Shown piece after piece: positions 55,301 through 64,000 of a stretch of 64,000 bases of DNA. The DNA lies in NCBI RefSeq assembly GCF_037042905.1, contig NC_087251.1:19966001-20030000 (forward strand). The letters run 5' to 3'. This DNA comes from Lytechinus pictus. Lineage: Eukaryota. Numbering within the stretch: the stretch's first letter is position 1; each line of letters opens with the position of its first letter. The notes below the pieces were generated by a model. It ran no database searches, was not told the DNA's origin, and saw only the letters and a list, made by a program, of their open reading frames with translations. The position numbers and the translations under genes were made by a program.

Positions 55301-58300
55301 TTGCCCTCGAGTCATATATCCCTCTCTTGCTAATCATGCTCATGTTCACTCAAGGGTTCATTACCATCCTGTCTGTGGGGAATCTATGGTATACCGGAAT
55401 CTACAGGTAGGACTATGGTATGCCAATGCTGTACACAGCACACACTTTAAGACATCATTAAAATATCACTTTTGTGACCAAAATACTAATTTCCATACAG
55501 TTGCAATTTATTTTTCATTAGAAACTTGGGGGTAACTTTTGTATTCACCAGAGCACTCGAAAACTTGAATTTTTGGCATATTATTGTGTACACCCTCTAT
55601 TGGTGGAAAGTAGATCTAATATGGCAAGACAATTGTCATTTTTTTCAATCTCTATTTTTAATTAAGAAAAAATAATTCAAAGAATCAAATTTACTTAAAA
55701 ACCAAGTTATATGATGAATGGCTGTAATGGAAACTGACAGTGTCAAAAAATCAGGCATTTGTCCCAAAGAAAAAGAGAAAATGAGCCAAACATTGCCAAC
55801 CTTATTTCACCACACAGGGAGTAGTAACAGAGAACAAGGTTATATCATGACCTTGTTCATTGAATGAGTGGCTCATGTTATTATTTCAGGATATTTTGTA
55901 CTTCCTCACATGTTCTTCTTTCCTTCCTTTTCCTGCTTAACTTCCTTTTTCCCTATAAAAAAATTATGTTTTCTTTCCCTTACTTTTCATCATTCCCTTT
56001 TCCTTTCCTCTTTTTCTTTCTTTCTCTCTTTCTCCCTTTTTTTTTATTTTCCAGGTGAAATCCGCCAGGGGGGCAGCTTACCCCATCTACCCACCCCCCG
56101 CCTGTTACGCCACTGTGCATTAGCGCCAACCACCTAACCTGCCTAGCCTTGAGGACTCCCATGATGATGTTTTTTTAATATTTTGACATATACTTCTTCA
56201 TCATGGAGCCTTGACACTCTTCCCATAGACGCAGAATCGAGACCTGGACACCCGGATGGATTTCCCTAGGAAATCCATAGACTAATTAAAGTTAGACATA
56301 ACGTTAGTTAGAGGGTGAAATCGGTTGGTACGGGTGAATTTTATTTATATTTGAACCTTCAAACGCCTAATGCGTAAGAAGGTTCCAAAAATTGATTAAT
56401 AAAAAAGTGAAAATTTTAAGGTTTCTTACCAGACCGATCTCGTGTAGATCCCTCAATCCGTTTGTCAACAAAGCAAATACAGTAGGTCTGACCCTTGAAC
56501 CGCTTTGTTATGACGTACATTCGATTAGCGATGTTACAAAATGCCGTTTTGAAGAACAATTTATAGATACAAATTATTATTAATCAAATACTAAAATTTG
56601 ATACGTGATTATAAATAATAATTTATAATCACGTATTAAATTTTAGTATTTGTTAAATAATAATTTGTATCTATAAATTGTTTATAATCACGTATTAAAT
56701 TTAAGTATTTGTTAAATAATAATTTGTATCTATAAATTGTTCTTCAAAACGGCATTTTGTAACATCGCTAAACGAGTGCACGTCATAACGAAGCGATTCA
56801 AGGGTCAGACCTAGTATTGTATTTGCTTTGTTGACAAACGGATCGAGGGATCTACACGAGATCGGTCTGGTAATAAACCTTAAAAGTTTCTCTTTTTTAT
56901 TAACCAAATTTTGGAACCTTCATATGCATTAGGAGTTTGAAGGTTCAAATATCAATAAAATTCCCCTGTACAAAACGATTTCACCCTCTAACGTTATGTC
57001 TAATTTATGTTGTTGTTGTTGTTGTTTGTTGTGGGTCGTTTCCACACCCAAATGATCTCCTCGGTATACTCTCAGTGTGTCTGTCACAAGGTTGATGAGC
57101 TGCTAGGTACTATTTGCTTAGATACTGGTGCTAGTTGGCATTGGTGCTTTTGATGAAGCGAGCCAAAGAAGATGCTATTATAGATTGCATTTGGGGTGAC
57201 AATTAGGGGTTAGTCCCAAGGAGGGAAAAGAGGGATATATCTCGAAGATAGGAGGGGGTGCTTGTCCTTTGATATCCAACGTCAATGGATTGCATCATCT
57301 CCTCTCTATGCGACTTGTGGAGTGGGCAGTGAAGAAGGACATGTTCAATTGTCTGCCTGTCATGTTCACAGTTGTATGTGGGTGTAGGGCATACACGAGG
57401 GAGTACTCTGTGCATATGGTCTCTGAGCTTAGTCTGTCCAGTTAGCATCCTCATGATCTTGACCTTTGTTGACCTTTCATATTTACTGGAGGCTTTCTTT
57501 CTAGTAACATTTGGCTGAAGCTGATAGGTCCATCTACCCTTGGTGGTTATATTCCATCGCCTTTGCCAGAGTCTTACAGTGTTCTTCTTGATGTTCTTGG
57601 TGATACTTGCATATGAAGTGGATGAAGAGGGAGGTGGAGCATTGCGTGCATGGTAAGCAGCCTCCTTTGCCAGTCTGTCTGCAATTACATTTCCATGAAT
57701 TTCAGCATGACCTGCAATCCAAGTTCTAGTTACAGAACTTCCTCTATTGTGTAGAGGAATCTAATTTATACTAATAGCCTACATGGTCTATGGATTTCTA
57801 CCTAGGGAAATCCATCCGGGTGTCAGGTCTCGCTTCTGCGTCTATGGGAAGAGTGTCAAGGCTCCATGATGAAGAAGTATATGTCAAAATATTAAAAAAC
57901 ATCATCATGGAGTCCTCAAGGACAAGGCTATAACTAACCCAGGGAGCGACAGCCCACGAAGCGGGCCGGCGCCCAGGAGCTCACCGTGTATTTACCCTAC
58001 CTCAGGCGATGTTCGTGCAGGCTCCACTCCACTTCACTACCGCTACACTACCCTCCACCTACCCGAACATCGGGACAGTGAACTAGATCGGATATTCCGA
58101 GTCATAAAAGGTGGGATGGCAATTATGGGTATCGTAAAAATTAAAGAAAAAAATTATAACGAGGGATATGAATGACTTAATATCTTACTCTGCACCCGTA
58201 TTTTACTCCGTGTCCATCCTACGGTTATCCTCAAAATTGGTGATTTTGGGCCAGTATCTTTTTCCTCACACATATTATTCACAGCCTATTTCAAAACATC

Positions 58301-59440
58301 GCATGCGATCGCGATCGATCAGCGATGAGGTATATTTACCCATACTCACGGGACAAGGGTAGATTATGGTCAAAATATCTAACAAGATAAATTGTAAAAA
58401 CAGAAATTATGCACTTACCACGATTATATGGATGAAGGTCTATCGAGTGGTAGAATCCTGACATCGAGGCACAGACTGGAACCTCAAAAAAAGAAAAGTT
58501 CTCTCCTTTTACCCCAGTCTGGATCGGCCATTTTGTTATGATTCATAATCATATTCATAACAAAAATGGCCGATCGAGACTGGGGTAGGAGAGAACTTTT
58601 CGTTTTTTGAGGTTCGCCCAGTCTGTGTCTCGATGTCAGGATTCTACCACTCGATAGACCTTCATCCATATTATAATTGTGGTAAGTGCATAATTTCTGT
58701 TTTCACAATTTATCTTGCTAGATATTTTGACCATAATCTAGGCCCTACCCTTGTCCCGTGAGTATGGGTAAATACACGGTGAGCTCCTGGGCGCCGGCCC
58801 GCTTCGCGCGGGCCGGCGCTCCCTGGGTTAGGCTATAACCTGCCCTGGCCTGGGTTAGCTGGACATGCTGGACGCCGGAACTCAGGGGCCGATTGCACGA
58901 AAGGGTCTTTCCAAGGACCGTCTTTCGTGTCGCCCATCTTTTATGATATGCCATGTGAATCGCATTTCAAATAAATTATCTGCAAATATATTTTATTTGT
59001 TCGTTAAAATAAACAAAATATTTGTTTATAAAATGATGTGATATCTCATGAAATTGTATAAAATTTGATTTAAAAGCAAGCTTACGAATTTTATTTGTTT
59101 ATCATAAATTTCAGAAACACCCCGCTTATAGCGCATCATAAAAGATGGGCGACACGAAAGACGGTCCTTGGATTTGGAAAGACCCTTTCGTGCAATCGGC
59201 CCCCGGCCGAGATTCTCCCAATAGTCCGAGTGAAGTCTAACTCTAACTTAAGGCCTTACGGGTCGGGGCGCGGCGCTAGTCCTCACTCCTAGAGTCCTAC
59301 ATCTACGTACCGGTACCGGTACGGTACCGTAGTCTACTTACGATTTTTTCGTAGTATTCTCGACGCCTCTCTGCTCTTTTCTTGTAATCTACCATCATTC
59401 CACGGATTAACCGTTCTTGCCTCCTTGCTTCGTGCCACAT
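31188..59440 (-). CDS. CLASRP: CLK4-associating serine/arginine-rich protein (SFRS16); whole spliced CDS, 15 coding exons, ~660 aa
   Basis: N-terminus [44 protein letters not shown]...MMPWQGD...[11 protein letters not shown], then FITSFGG, RS repeats and [19 protein letters not shown]. All match the CLASRP family as I recall it. Exons sum to 1983 nt with consistent phases. Confidence 0.93.
32237..32387 (-). CDS. CLASRP: CLASRP coding exon 14
   Basis: [37 protein letters not shown]...; the 3' boundary rests on a weak donor GCA|GTAGGG that gives the required phase 1. Confidence 0.8.
32661..33584. mobile_element. Non-autonomous DNA transposon with ~45-bp imperfect TIRs
   Basis: AGCTTTCTATCGCCAGACCGAACGTCAAGCTACTACGAGT is inverted relative to ACTCGTAGTAGCTAACGTTCGGTGTGCGGGTAGAAAGCT; GC-rich interior; no clean TSD. 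Confidence 0.75.
33931..33989 (-). CDS. CLASRP: CLASRP coding exon 13
   Basis: [20 protein letters not shown]; acag| and GAG|GTAAAC. Confidence 0.85.
36261..36321 (-). CDS. CLASRP: CLASRP coding exon 12
   Basis: [20 protein letters not shown], a conserved CLASRP C-terminal motif; |GTAAGT. Confidence 0.9.
37079..37156 (-). pseudogene. tRNA-like sequence (tRNA pseudogene or tRNA-derived SINE head)
   Basis: A box TAGCTCAGTTGGTAGAGC, T arm GCAGGTTCAAATCCTGC and a mostly paired acceptor stem, but an irregular anticodon arm. Confidence 0.7.
37814..37865 (-). CDS. CLASRP: CLASRP coding exon 11
   Basis: [17 protein letters not shown]; ttgcag| and |GTCAGT; needed to restore phase 0. Confidence 0.7.
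38537..38923 (-). CDS. CLASRP: CLASRP coding exon 10 (RS domain)
   Basis: Long RS-dipeptide tract; tttcag| acceptor; the donor AAG|GTGAGA keeps the frame. Confidence 0.85.
39640..39918 (-). CDS. CLASRP: CLASRP coding exon 9
   Basis: [13 protein letters not shown]...[13 protein letters not shown]...; the donor ATG|GTCGGT is weaker but gives the correct phase. Confidence 0.85.
40013..40695. mobile_element. piggyBac-like MITE
   Basis: TTAA|TCCTAAAAAGACTG...CAGTCTATTTAGGG|TTAA with subterminal GGGGCTGA(T/A)TCAGCCCC palindromes. Confidence 0.8.
41601..42441. mobile_element. Kolobok/T2-type MITE (family B)
   Basis: TTAA|AGGGGAAGTTCACCC...GGGTGAACTTCCCCT|TTAG. Confidence 0.75.
42511..42593 (-). 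CDS. CLASRP: CLASRP coding exon 8
   Basis: [31 protein letters not shown] bounded. Confidence 0.88.
42983..43061 (-). CDS. CLASRP: CLASRP coding exon 7
   Basis: [26 protein letters not shown]; tttcag| and |GTAAGT. Confidence 0.88.
43594..43690 (-). CDS. CLASRP: CLASRP coding exon 6
   Basis: [32 protein letters not shown]; ttcag| and |GTAAGT. Confidence 0.88.
44628..44782 (-). CDS. CLASRP: CLASRP coding exon 5
   Basis: [15 protein letters not shown]...acidic tract...EIDL; donor |GTAAGG. Confidence 0.88.
44810..44926. repeat. Imperfect (GAT/GGT)n microsatellite
   Basis: Directly visible trinucleotide repeats. Confidence 0.8.
45943..46027 (-). CDS. CLASRP: CLASRP coding exon 4
   Basis: [28 protein letters not shown]; ctgcag| and |GTAAGA. 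Confidence 0.9.
46561..46733 (-). CDS. CLASRP: CLASRP coding exon 3 (SWAP/DRY_EERY-type region)
   Basis: [24 protein letters not shown]...[17 protein letters not shown] bounded. Confidence 0.93.
47263..47360 (-). CDS. CLASRP: CLASRP coding exon 2
   Basis: [32 protein letters not shown]; ttttag| acceptor and |GTATGT donor. Confidence 0.92.
48326..50600 (+). mobile_element. Degenerate CR1-clade LINE 3' RT fragment, split by a DNA transposon (pieces ~48326-48395 and ~50003-50600)
   Basis: [19 protein letters not shown]...[insertion]...[19 protein letters not shown]...[14 protein letters not shown]...[11 protein letters not shown]...[10 protein letters not shown], the characteristic CR1 C-terminal motifs, with frameshifts. 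Confidence 0.85.
48396..50002. mobile_element. Non-autonomous DNA transposon with 4-bp TSD (Sola-like)
   Basis: ACAA|GGGCAATTCCAC...GTGGAATAGCCC|ACAA; eight internal copies of GTAACGTGAGTAAC. Confidence 0.78.
53024..53186. repeat. Tandem repeat, ~53-59 bp unit x3 (related copy at ~52581-52653)
   Basis: TCATGTCTACATCTTTTAGAAGAGATGATCAGATGGCAAGATCTTGGATCTCG repeated. Confidence 0.8.
56144..57930. mobile_element. Fold-back element 1 (TAGCC...GGCTA) with 9-bp TSD, AcademH-like
   Basis: Arms 56147-56281/57786-57921 and ~56295-56620/56625-57000 are inverted; TAACCTGCC at 56135-56143 and 58836-58844. Confidence 0.82.
57009..57759 (-). mobile_element. 5'-truncated RNase H-bearing LINE (I/Nimb-type) 3' end
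   Basis: [22 protein letters not shown] (RNase H motif), a CCHC-like [23 protein letters not shown], an (AAC)n tail, and a 10-bp TSD TCTAATTTAT (56999-57008, 57760-57769). Confidence 0.88.
57935..58830. mobile_element. Fold-back element 2 (TAACCC...GGGTTA) with 9-bp TSD, AcademH-like
   Basis: Flanked by GGCTATAAC (57926-57934, 58831-58839); palindromic over almost its whole length, apex near 58548. Confidence 0.85.
57998..58332. mobile_element. Element 3 (TACCTCA...TGAGGTA) with 9-bp TSD, nested in element 2
   Basis: TATTTACCC is duplicated at 57989-57997 and 58333-58341; removing the insert restores the symmetry of element 2. Confidence 0.82.
58886..59202. mobile_element. Harbinger-like MITE
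   Basis: GGGCCGATTGCACGAAAGGGTCTTTCCAA...GTCTTTCGTGTCGCCCATCTTTTATGAT is repeated inverted at 59135-59202. Confidence 0.82.
59342..59440 (-). CDS. CLASRP: CLASRP coding exon 1
   Basis: [33 protein letters not shown]; donor ATC|GTAAGT. Confidence 0.93.
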
Positions 59441-59626
59441 ACTGATGTTTATGTGTTTCTGATGGAAAGCTGAAAAACCTAAACAAAGTTCACTTCAACG
59501 ATTCTAAATGTTGCAAACAAGCGCCATATTTCTCACCAACTTCGGTTTTTTTTATTTTACGTACCGCCGCGGTATATAGATCTAGAGCAAGAGATGGCGC
59601 TAGACTCAAACCTGACTCAGTCTTAC

Positions 59627-59700
59627 CGGTATATTCTTCTCCGGCCTTCCTTCTCCTCCTCCTCCTCCCATGGGCGGAAATCTCTCCTTGAAGGTAGGGG
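59627..59700 (-). promoter_or_regulatory. Putative CLASRP promoter / 5' non-coding exon
   Basis: GC-rich patch with TTTCCGCC (E2F/ETS-like), donor ACCG|GTAAGA after 59627 and an acceptor (tttcag|) before 59469, just upstream of the ATG. Confidence 0.5.
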
Positions 59701-59756
59701 GGGGGGAGACACAATTCAGTTTCTGTTTTTATGTTCTACAGAATTACTAACTCAAA

Positions 59757-59781
59757 CACACACACACACATACACACACAC

Positions 59782-59823
<42 letters not shown>
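59757..59823. repeat. (CA)n-(TA)n compound microsatellite
   Basis: Directly visible, just upstream of the putative CLASRP promoter. Confidence 0.9.
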
Positions 59824-59825
<2 letters not shown>

Positions 59826-59827
<2 letters not shown>

Positions 59828-60708
59828 GTGTATCCTATTGCCGGACACCTTTATTTCAGTGCTTTAAAAATGACAACTAGAGGAAATACAATCAAGAAAA
59901 AATCGCACTTGCTATTCCAAATATTATATGAAAATTATTAATATGATAAAATTATTTGATATTTACCAACCATTTTCTTTGCATCACACTTGCCGCATAC
60001 CCCTCCACGAAAAACAATTATTTTCGTGCGCGACAAATTACATCATGATTCCGGACGCGCGCCAGACGGGTGAAGATATCCTTGATTATAATGATGTAAG
60101 AACAAATTTCTGTGATTTTTTTTTCTTCTTATATCATATCATGAATAAATTCTAACTTTTTGTTTGCTTTTTTTATATCGAATCTGAGCAGATGTTGGTA
60201 ATAAATTCGTGTTTGATAACTTAATTTATTTTTTATTTTTTGGTTAGCTGCATGTTTCATGGCACTTTCCAGTGCTCGTTCGTATCGTGACGCTCATCAA
60301 GTTCTATCGATGCGCTGCCGATCGTCGACGGCTCTACTCACGGTAAACCTCGCGCACGGTACCTTGAGAACTAGCCGTCGACGATCACCCACAATACACC
60401 TCACCTCATCATTCGATCGAAGGAGCCGACGAGATTGACATTCGGCACTGAATCAGGCCCATATTTCCGTTAGAAAATATATAAATTGTTAATGTAAAAC
60501 TATGTTATATGATATTTTAAGCATTTTCTGTCATTTTAGAGATAAATAAGGTAAAAGTTTGATTTTTTCGCCTTGTTTTTGCAATCTTGTTCTATGTATA
60601 TTGATCTGTGAAAATGAATTGTGAAAGTCTTACGGTACGAAATTGTTTTCGAACGCATTTATATGCGCGTCCGGAATCACAATGGTGTCCGGTAATACAA
60701 TACGTGAC
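59826..60708. mobile_element. Probable non-autonomous DNA transposon
   Basis: TATTGCCGGACACC / GGTGTCCGGTAATA inverted termini and internal inverted GATTCCGGACGCGC / GCGCGTCCGGAATC. Confidence 0.55.
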
Positions 60709-60769
60709 TATACATATTTCGAAGAGGGGAGGTATTCCTAACTAAAGATGAAAGGCCTCAATAAAATTA

Positions 60770-62410
60770 TGCGAGCGCGAGTCCAAATATGTTGATATTT
60801 CATAAATTGTGACCTGGAAATTGAACATTCTGAACATTTTTGTGATCATGAACTAGAACCTAGAAGCTAAACCATTAATGTGAGCGCGAAGCGCGAGCTG
60901 AAAGTTTTTGATTTTCCAACCTAAAAACTAGACATTCGTAACACTTTTGCAAATCATTAACAGAATAGGAATTCAACTAAATAATAGATGCGAGCGCGAG
61001 CTGAAAGTTTTTTATTTTCCAACCTAAAAACTGGACATTCTTAACAGTTTTATAAAAATCATGAACAGGATAGGAATCTAAACAATTAATGTGAGCGTGA
61101 AGCGCGAGCTGACAGTTTTTGATTTTCCAACCTAAAAACTGGACATTCATAGCACTTTAAAAAGAATATGAACAGGATATGAATGCAAACAATTAATGCG
61201 AGCGTTAAACGCGAGCTAATCGTTTTTTATTTTCCAACATAAAAACTTGACATTCTTAGCACTTAATAATGAACGGAATAGGAATCTAAACAATGAATGC
61301 GAGCGCGAAGCGCGAGCTGAAAGTTTTTTTTCCAACCTAAAAACTGGACATTCATATAGCACCTTAAAAAGAATATGAACAGGATAGGAATCTAATCAAT
61401 AATATTAACGCGAGCGCGAGCTGAAAGTTTTTGATTTTCCAACCTAAATACTATAGACATTCTTAGTACTTAAAAAAAAAATTAATGAACAGGATAGGTA
61501 TCTAAACAATTAATGCGAGCGTGAAGCAAGAGGTGAAAGTTTTTGATTTTCCAACCTAAATACTGGACATTCTTAGTACTTTTTTTCAATTATGAACAGG
61601 ATAGGAATCTAAATAATTAATGCAGGCGCGTAGCGCGAGCTGAAAGTTTGTATTTTCCAACCTAAAAACTGGACAATCATAACACATTTTCAAATCATGA
61701 ACAGGTTATGAATTTTACTAAAAATATAGATTCGAGCGCGAAGTGTGTGCTGAAGATGTCATTTCCGGCCTAAAAATTGGTACATTAGCATATTTTAAAA
61801 TCAAGGACAGGGTAGCTATCTAACTAAATTTTAATTAATGTGAGCGCGAAGCGTATCCTGATCTTTTTTAATTTTCCGACCAAAAAGTCATCTTCTTTTC
61901 ACCTTATAGCAATAAACAGGATAGTATCTGACTCAACCATAATATTACTGATGCGAGCGTGAAGCGCGAAATTTTTTTTAATATTCAGATCTGAAAACTG
62001 GATCTTTCAAGCACTTTTGAAATTAAGAACAAGCAGCTTATCTCAATAAGCAATGCGAGCGCAAAGTGTGAGCTATTTTTTTTTAAAGATTTAAGCCTAC
62101 AAATTATGAAAAAGATGGATATCTTCCTAGTAAATAAATGATTTGATTTTATATATTTCGATCTAAAAAGTGAAAAAATTTAAGCACGTTTTGAAATAAT
62201 GAGATGGCTGTGTATTAATGCAAAGCGCGAGCGATTTTTTAATCTTTATACTATGACCTGAAAGCTTTTTTTTTTCAATTATTCCCCTCCCCTTCCACCA
62301 TTTAATTTTCTTCCTCGTCCTATCTTTCTTCTTATTTTTCTCCTCACCTTCCTATTTTGCGCCGCCCCAATAGGGGGCGGGCCGCCGCTTCGCCCCTTGA
62401 TCTACCTATG
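60770..62410. repeat. Satellite-like array, ~105-110 bp unit, ~13-14 copies, probably internal to a DNA transposon
   Basis: Unit core GCGAGCGCGAAGCGCGAGCTGAAAGTTTTTGATTTTCCAACCTAAAAACTGGACATTC; ends in a GC-rich terminus-like segment at ~62360-62410. Confidence 0.85.
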
Positions 62411-63058
62411 ATGACCCCTCCCACGGCAGGAATTTTGTGTAAAAATTGAATATAAAAGTCTCGTTAATAGAGTATTTAAAACAAATTTTGGGGGATTAAA
62501 CATAGTTAAAATTCACTGCGAAGGATTAATCATAACTCATGAAAACTATTATTTTTACTGAGTACGCGAACAATGAAAATATTCTTATATTCCAAGTAAA
62601 TTTGGAATAAAGGGAAAATGAATTGGTTTAACAAAGGTATGTTTTTACGAGGTATGGAACATTGTCGTCTACCATCTATGCACTAAATTTACTTATAAGT
62701 ATCCAGAGGCGATTATCTTTTTTTCGTCATTTTTATTAGTTATGAAATTGACAATGGCCATCGATGTCATCAATGTCATCACTCTTTGGCTGGCATATAG
62801 GGCTAGATGCGAGTTCGAGAATAGTCGGGCCGGTATGCCTTTTCTTTTCCTACCCAAGTTCTTAACAAAAACTATCTGTTTATATATATTTCGAAATTCG
62901 AGGATACATGTGTATAATTTCAATTTTGAATTATGTATTTTTTTCCCATAATGAAAGACCACAAATAGTAGGGAGGACATTTGATAGTATGTCCCCCCTT
63001 TCCAAAATGGTAGGGGGGACGCGTCCCCCCTGTCCCCCCTGCATGGGTTTTCCGCCCA

Positions 63059-63146
63059 TGCCTCCTCCTCCTCCCCTCCCCCTCCTCCTTTTCCTCCTCC
63101 GGCCCTCCTCCTCTTCCTCCTCCTTCCCCTCCTCCTCCTCCTCCTG
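63059..63146. repeat. (CCT)n low-complexity polypyrimidine tract
   Basis: Directly visible. Confidence 0.85.
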
Positions 63147-64000
63147 TCTTCCCTGGGTAAATGATGCTAATATATATATATATAAATAATAAACACAATA
63201 ATGAATATAATAATAATGATGATGATGATTATTATTAGTATCTTGCTCAAACAATATATCTTACGAGATGAGAGATTACTGGAGAAAATATTGTGATATT
63301 AAGCTAATTATGCCGCATAAAATCCCTCGTTTAGAGGTAAAAAAATGATTGCTGGTATAGTCTCGTTTTTTCCAGACTACACAGCGCGAATATTATTACC
63401 CCGGATTTAGATCGAGCTGCCGTTTCATCAGTATACGCTCATTGCATTCAAAGGATACAGGGTACCCTTTAATCTATGCAAATTTCACAAATGAAAATTT
63501 TCTCCTCGGGAAACCTCATTCTCTCGTACATATTAAAACGATGACTTATTTTCTTTAGGGGGTGGGACTTCTCAATTCCCTGCAATTGACCTATACCTCG
63601 TTATATTATTTTATTGCTCAATGTTCTTCATATAAGTTTCACTCTTGATAAGAAATCTTACTCGAACGCTATGCAAATAGCACTTATTTTACAGGCCTAA
63701 TTAAAACACATACAGTCACAAAAAAGAACTACAAAGAATCCGGAACTCCTTCTTTATACTTGCCCCCCCCCCCCTTTACCATGAAAGTGAAATTGCAGGC
63801 CCTGTGTTCAATGCATTCATAGTTCTAAAACGAATTCGTTTATAGGCGAGTTATTTTTTTATTCGCACGGTTGCTACACTTATATTAAAAGCAATTTATC
63901 ACCAAGCAAAGGTTGGGCGGAGGGGGGGGGGGGGCAGGCTAATGTAACGGACCCCGCATTGCCCACCATAGACCATTTTCCTTACTATTGGAGTGACTGT

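Noticed and set aside
56392..56907. Pair of near-identical ORFs on opposite strands (likewise 58745-58954 and 59095-59292)
   Set aside because: A consequence of the inverted repeats; no sign of coding function.
59304..59332. Overlapping GGTACC palindromes next to the CLASRP exon 1 donor
   Set aside because: Most simply a short slippage repeat; no evidence of function.
62908..63254. Pro/Gly/Glu-rich ORFs
   Set aside because: Translations of the (CCT)n tract and a MITE end.

Overview
AT-rich animal genomic DNA. The repeat style suggests an invertebrate deuterostome, most likely a sea urchin; this is an inference. The window holds two convergent spliced genes, both reconstructed by hand with GT-AG introns and consistent phases. 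(1) A Six4/5-class SIX-homeobox gene on the + strand: 4 coding exons, 1447-17901, about 568 aa, with a 13.9-kb first intron. (2) CLASRP/SFRS16, an SR-related splicing factor, on the - strand: 15 coding exons, 59440-31188, about 660 aa. Most short ORFs in the supplied track are noise. The rest of the window is rich in non-autonomous DNA transposons (Kolobok/T2-like, piggyBac-like, Harbinger-like, hAT-like, Sola-like), LINE fragments and tandem repeats. Two observations stand out. One is a short element at ~20140-20547 whose 5' head resembles the Alu domain of 7SL RNA, a candidate 7SL-derived SINE outside the lineages where such SINEs are well known. The other is a nest of elements with TA termini and 9-bp target duplications (AcademH-like), two of them fold-back, in CLASRP intron 1; the fold-back ones carry outward-facing promoter-like and splice-donor motifs.
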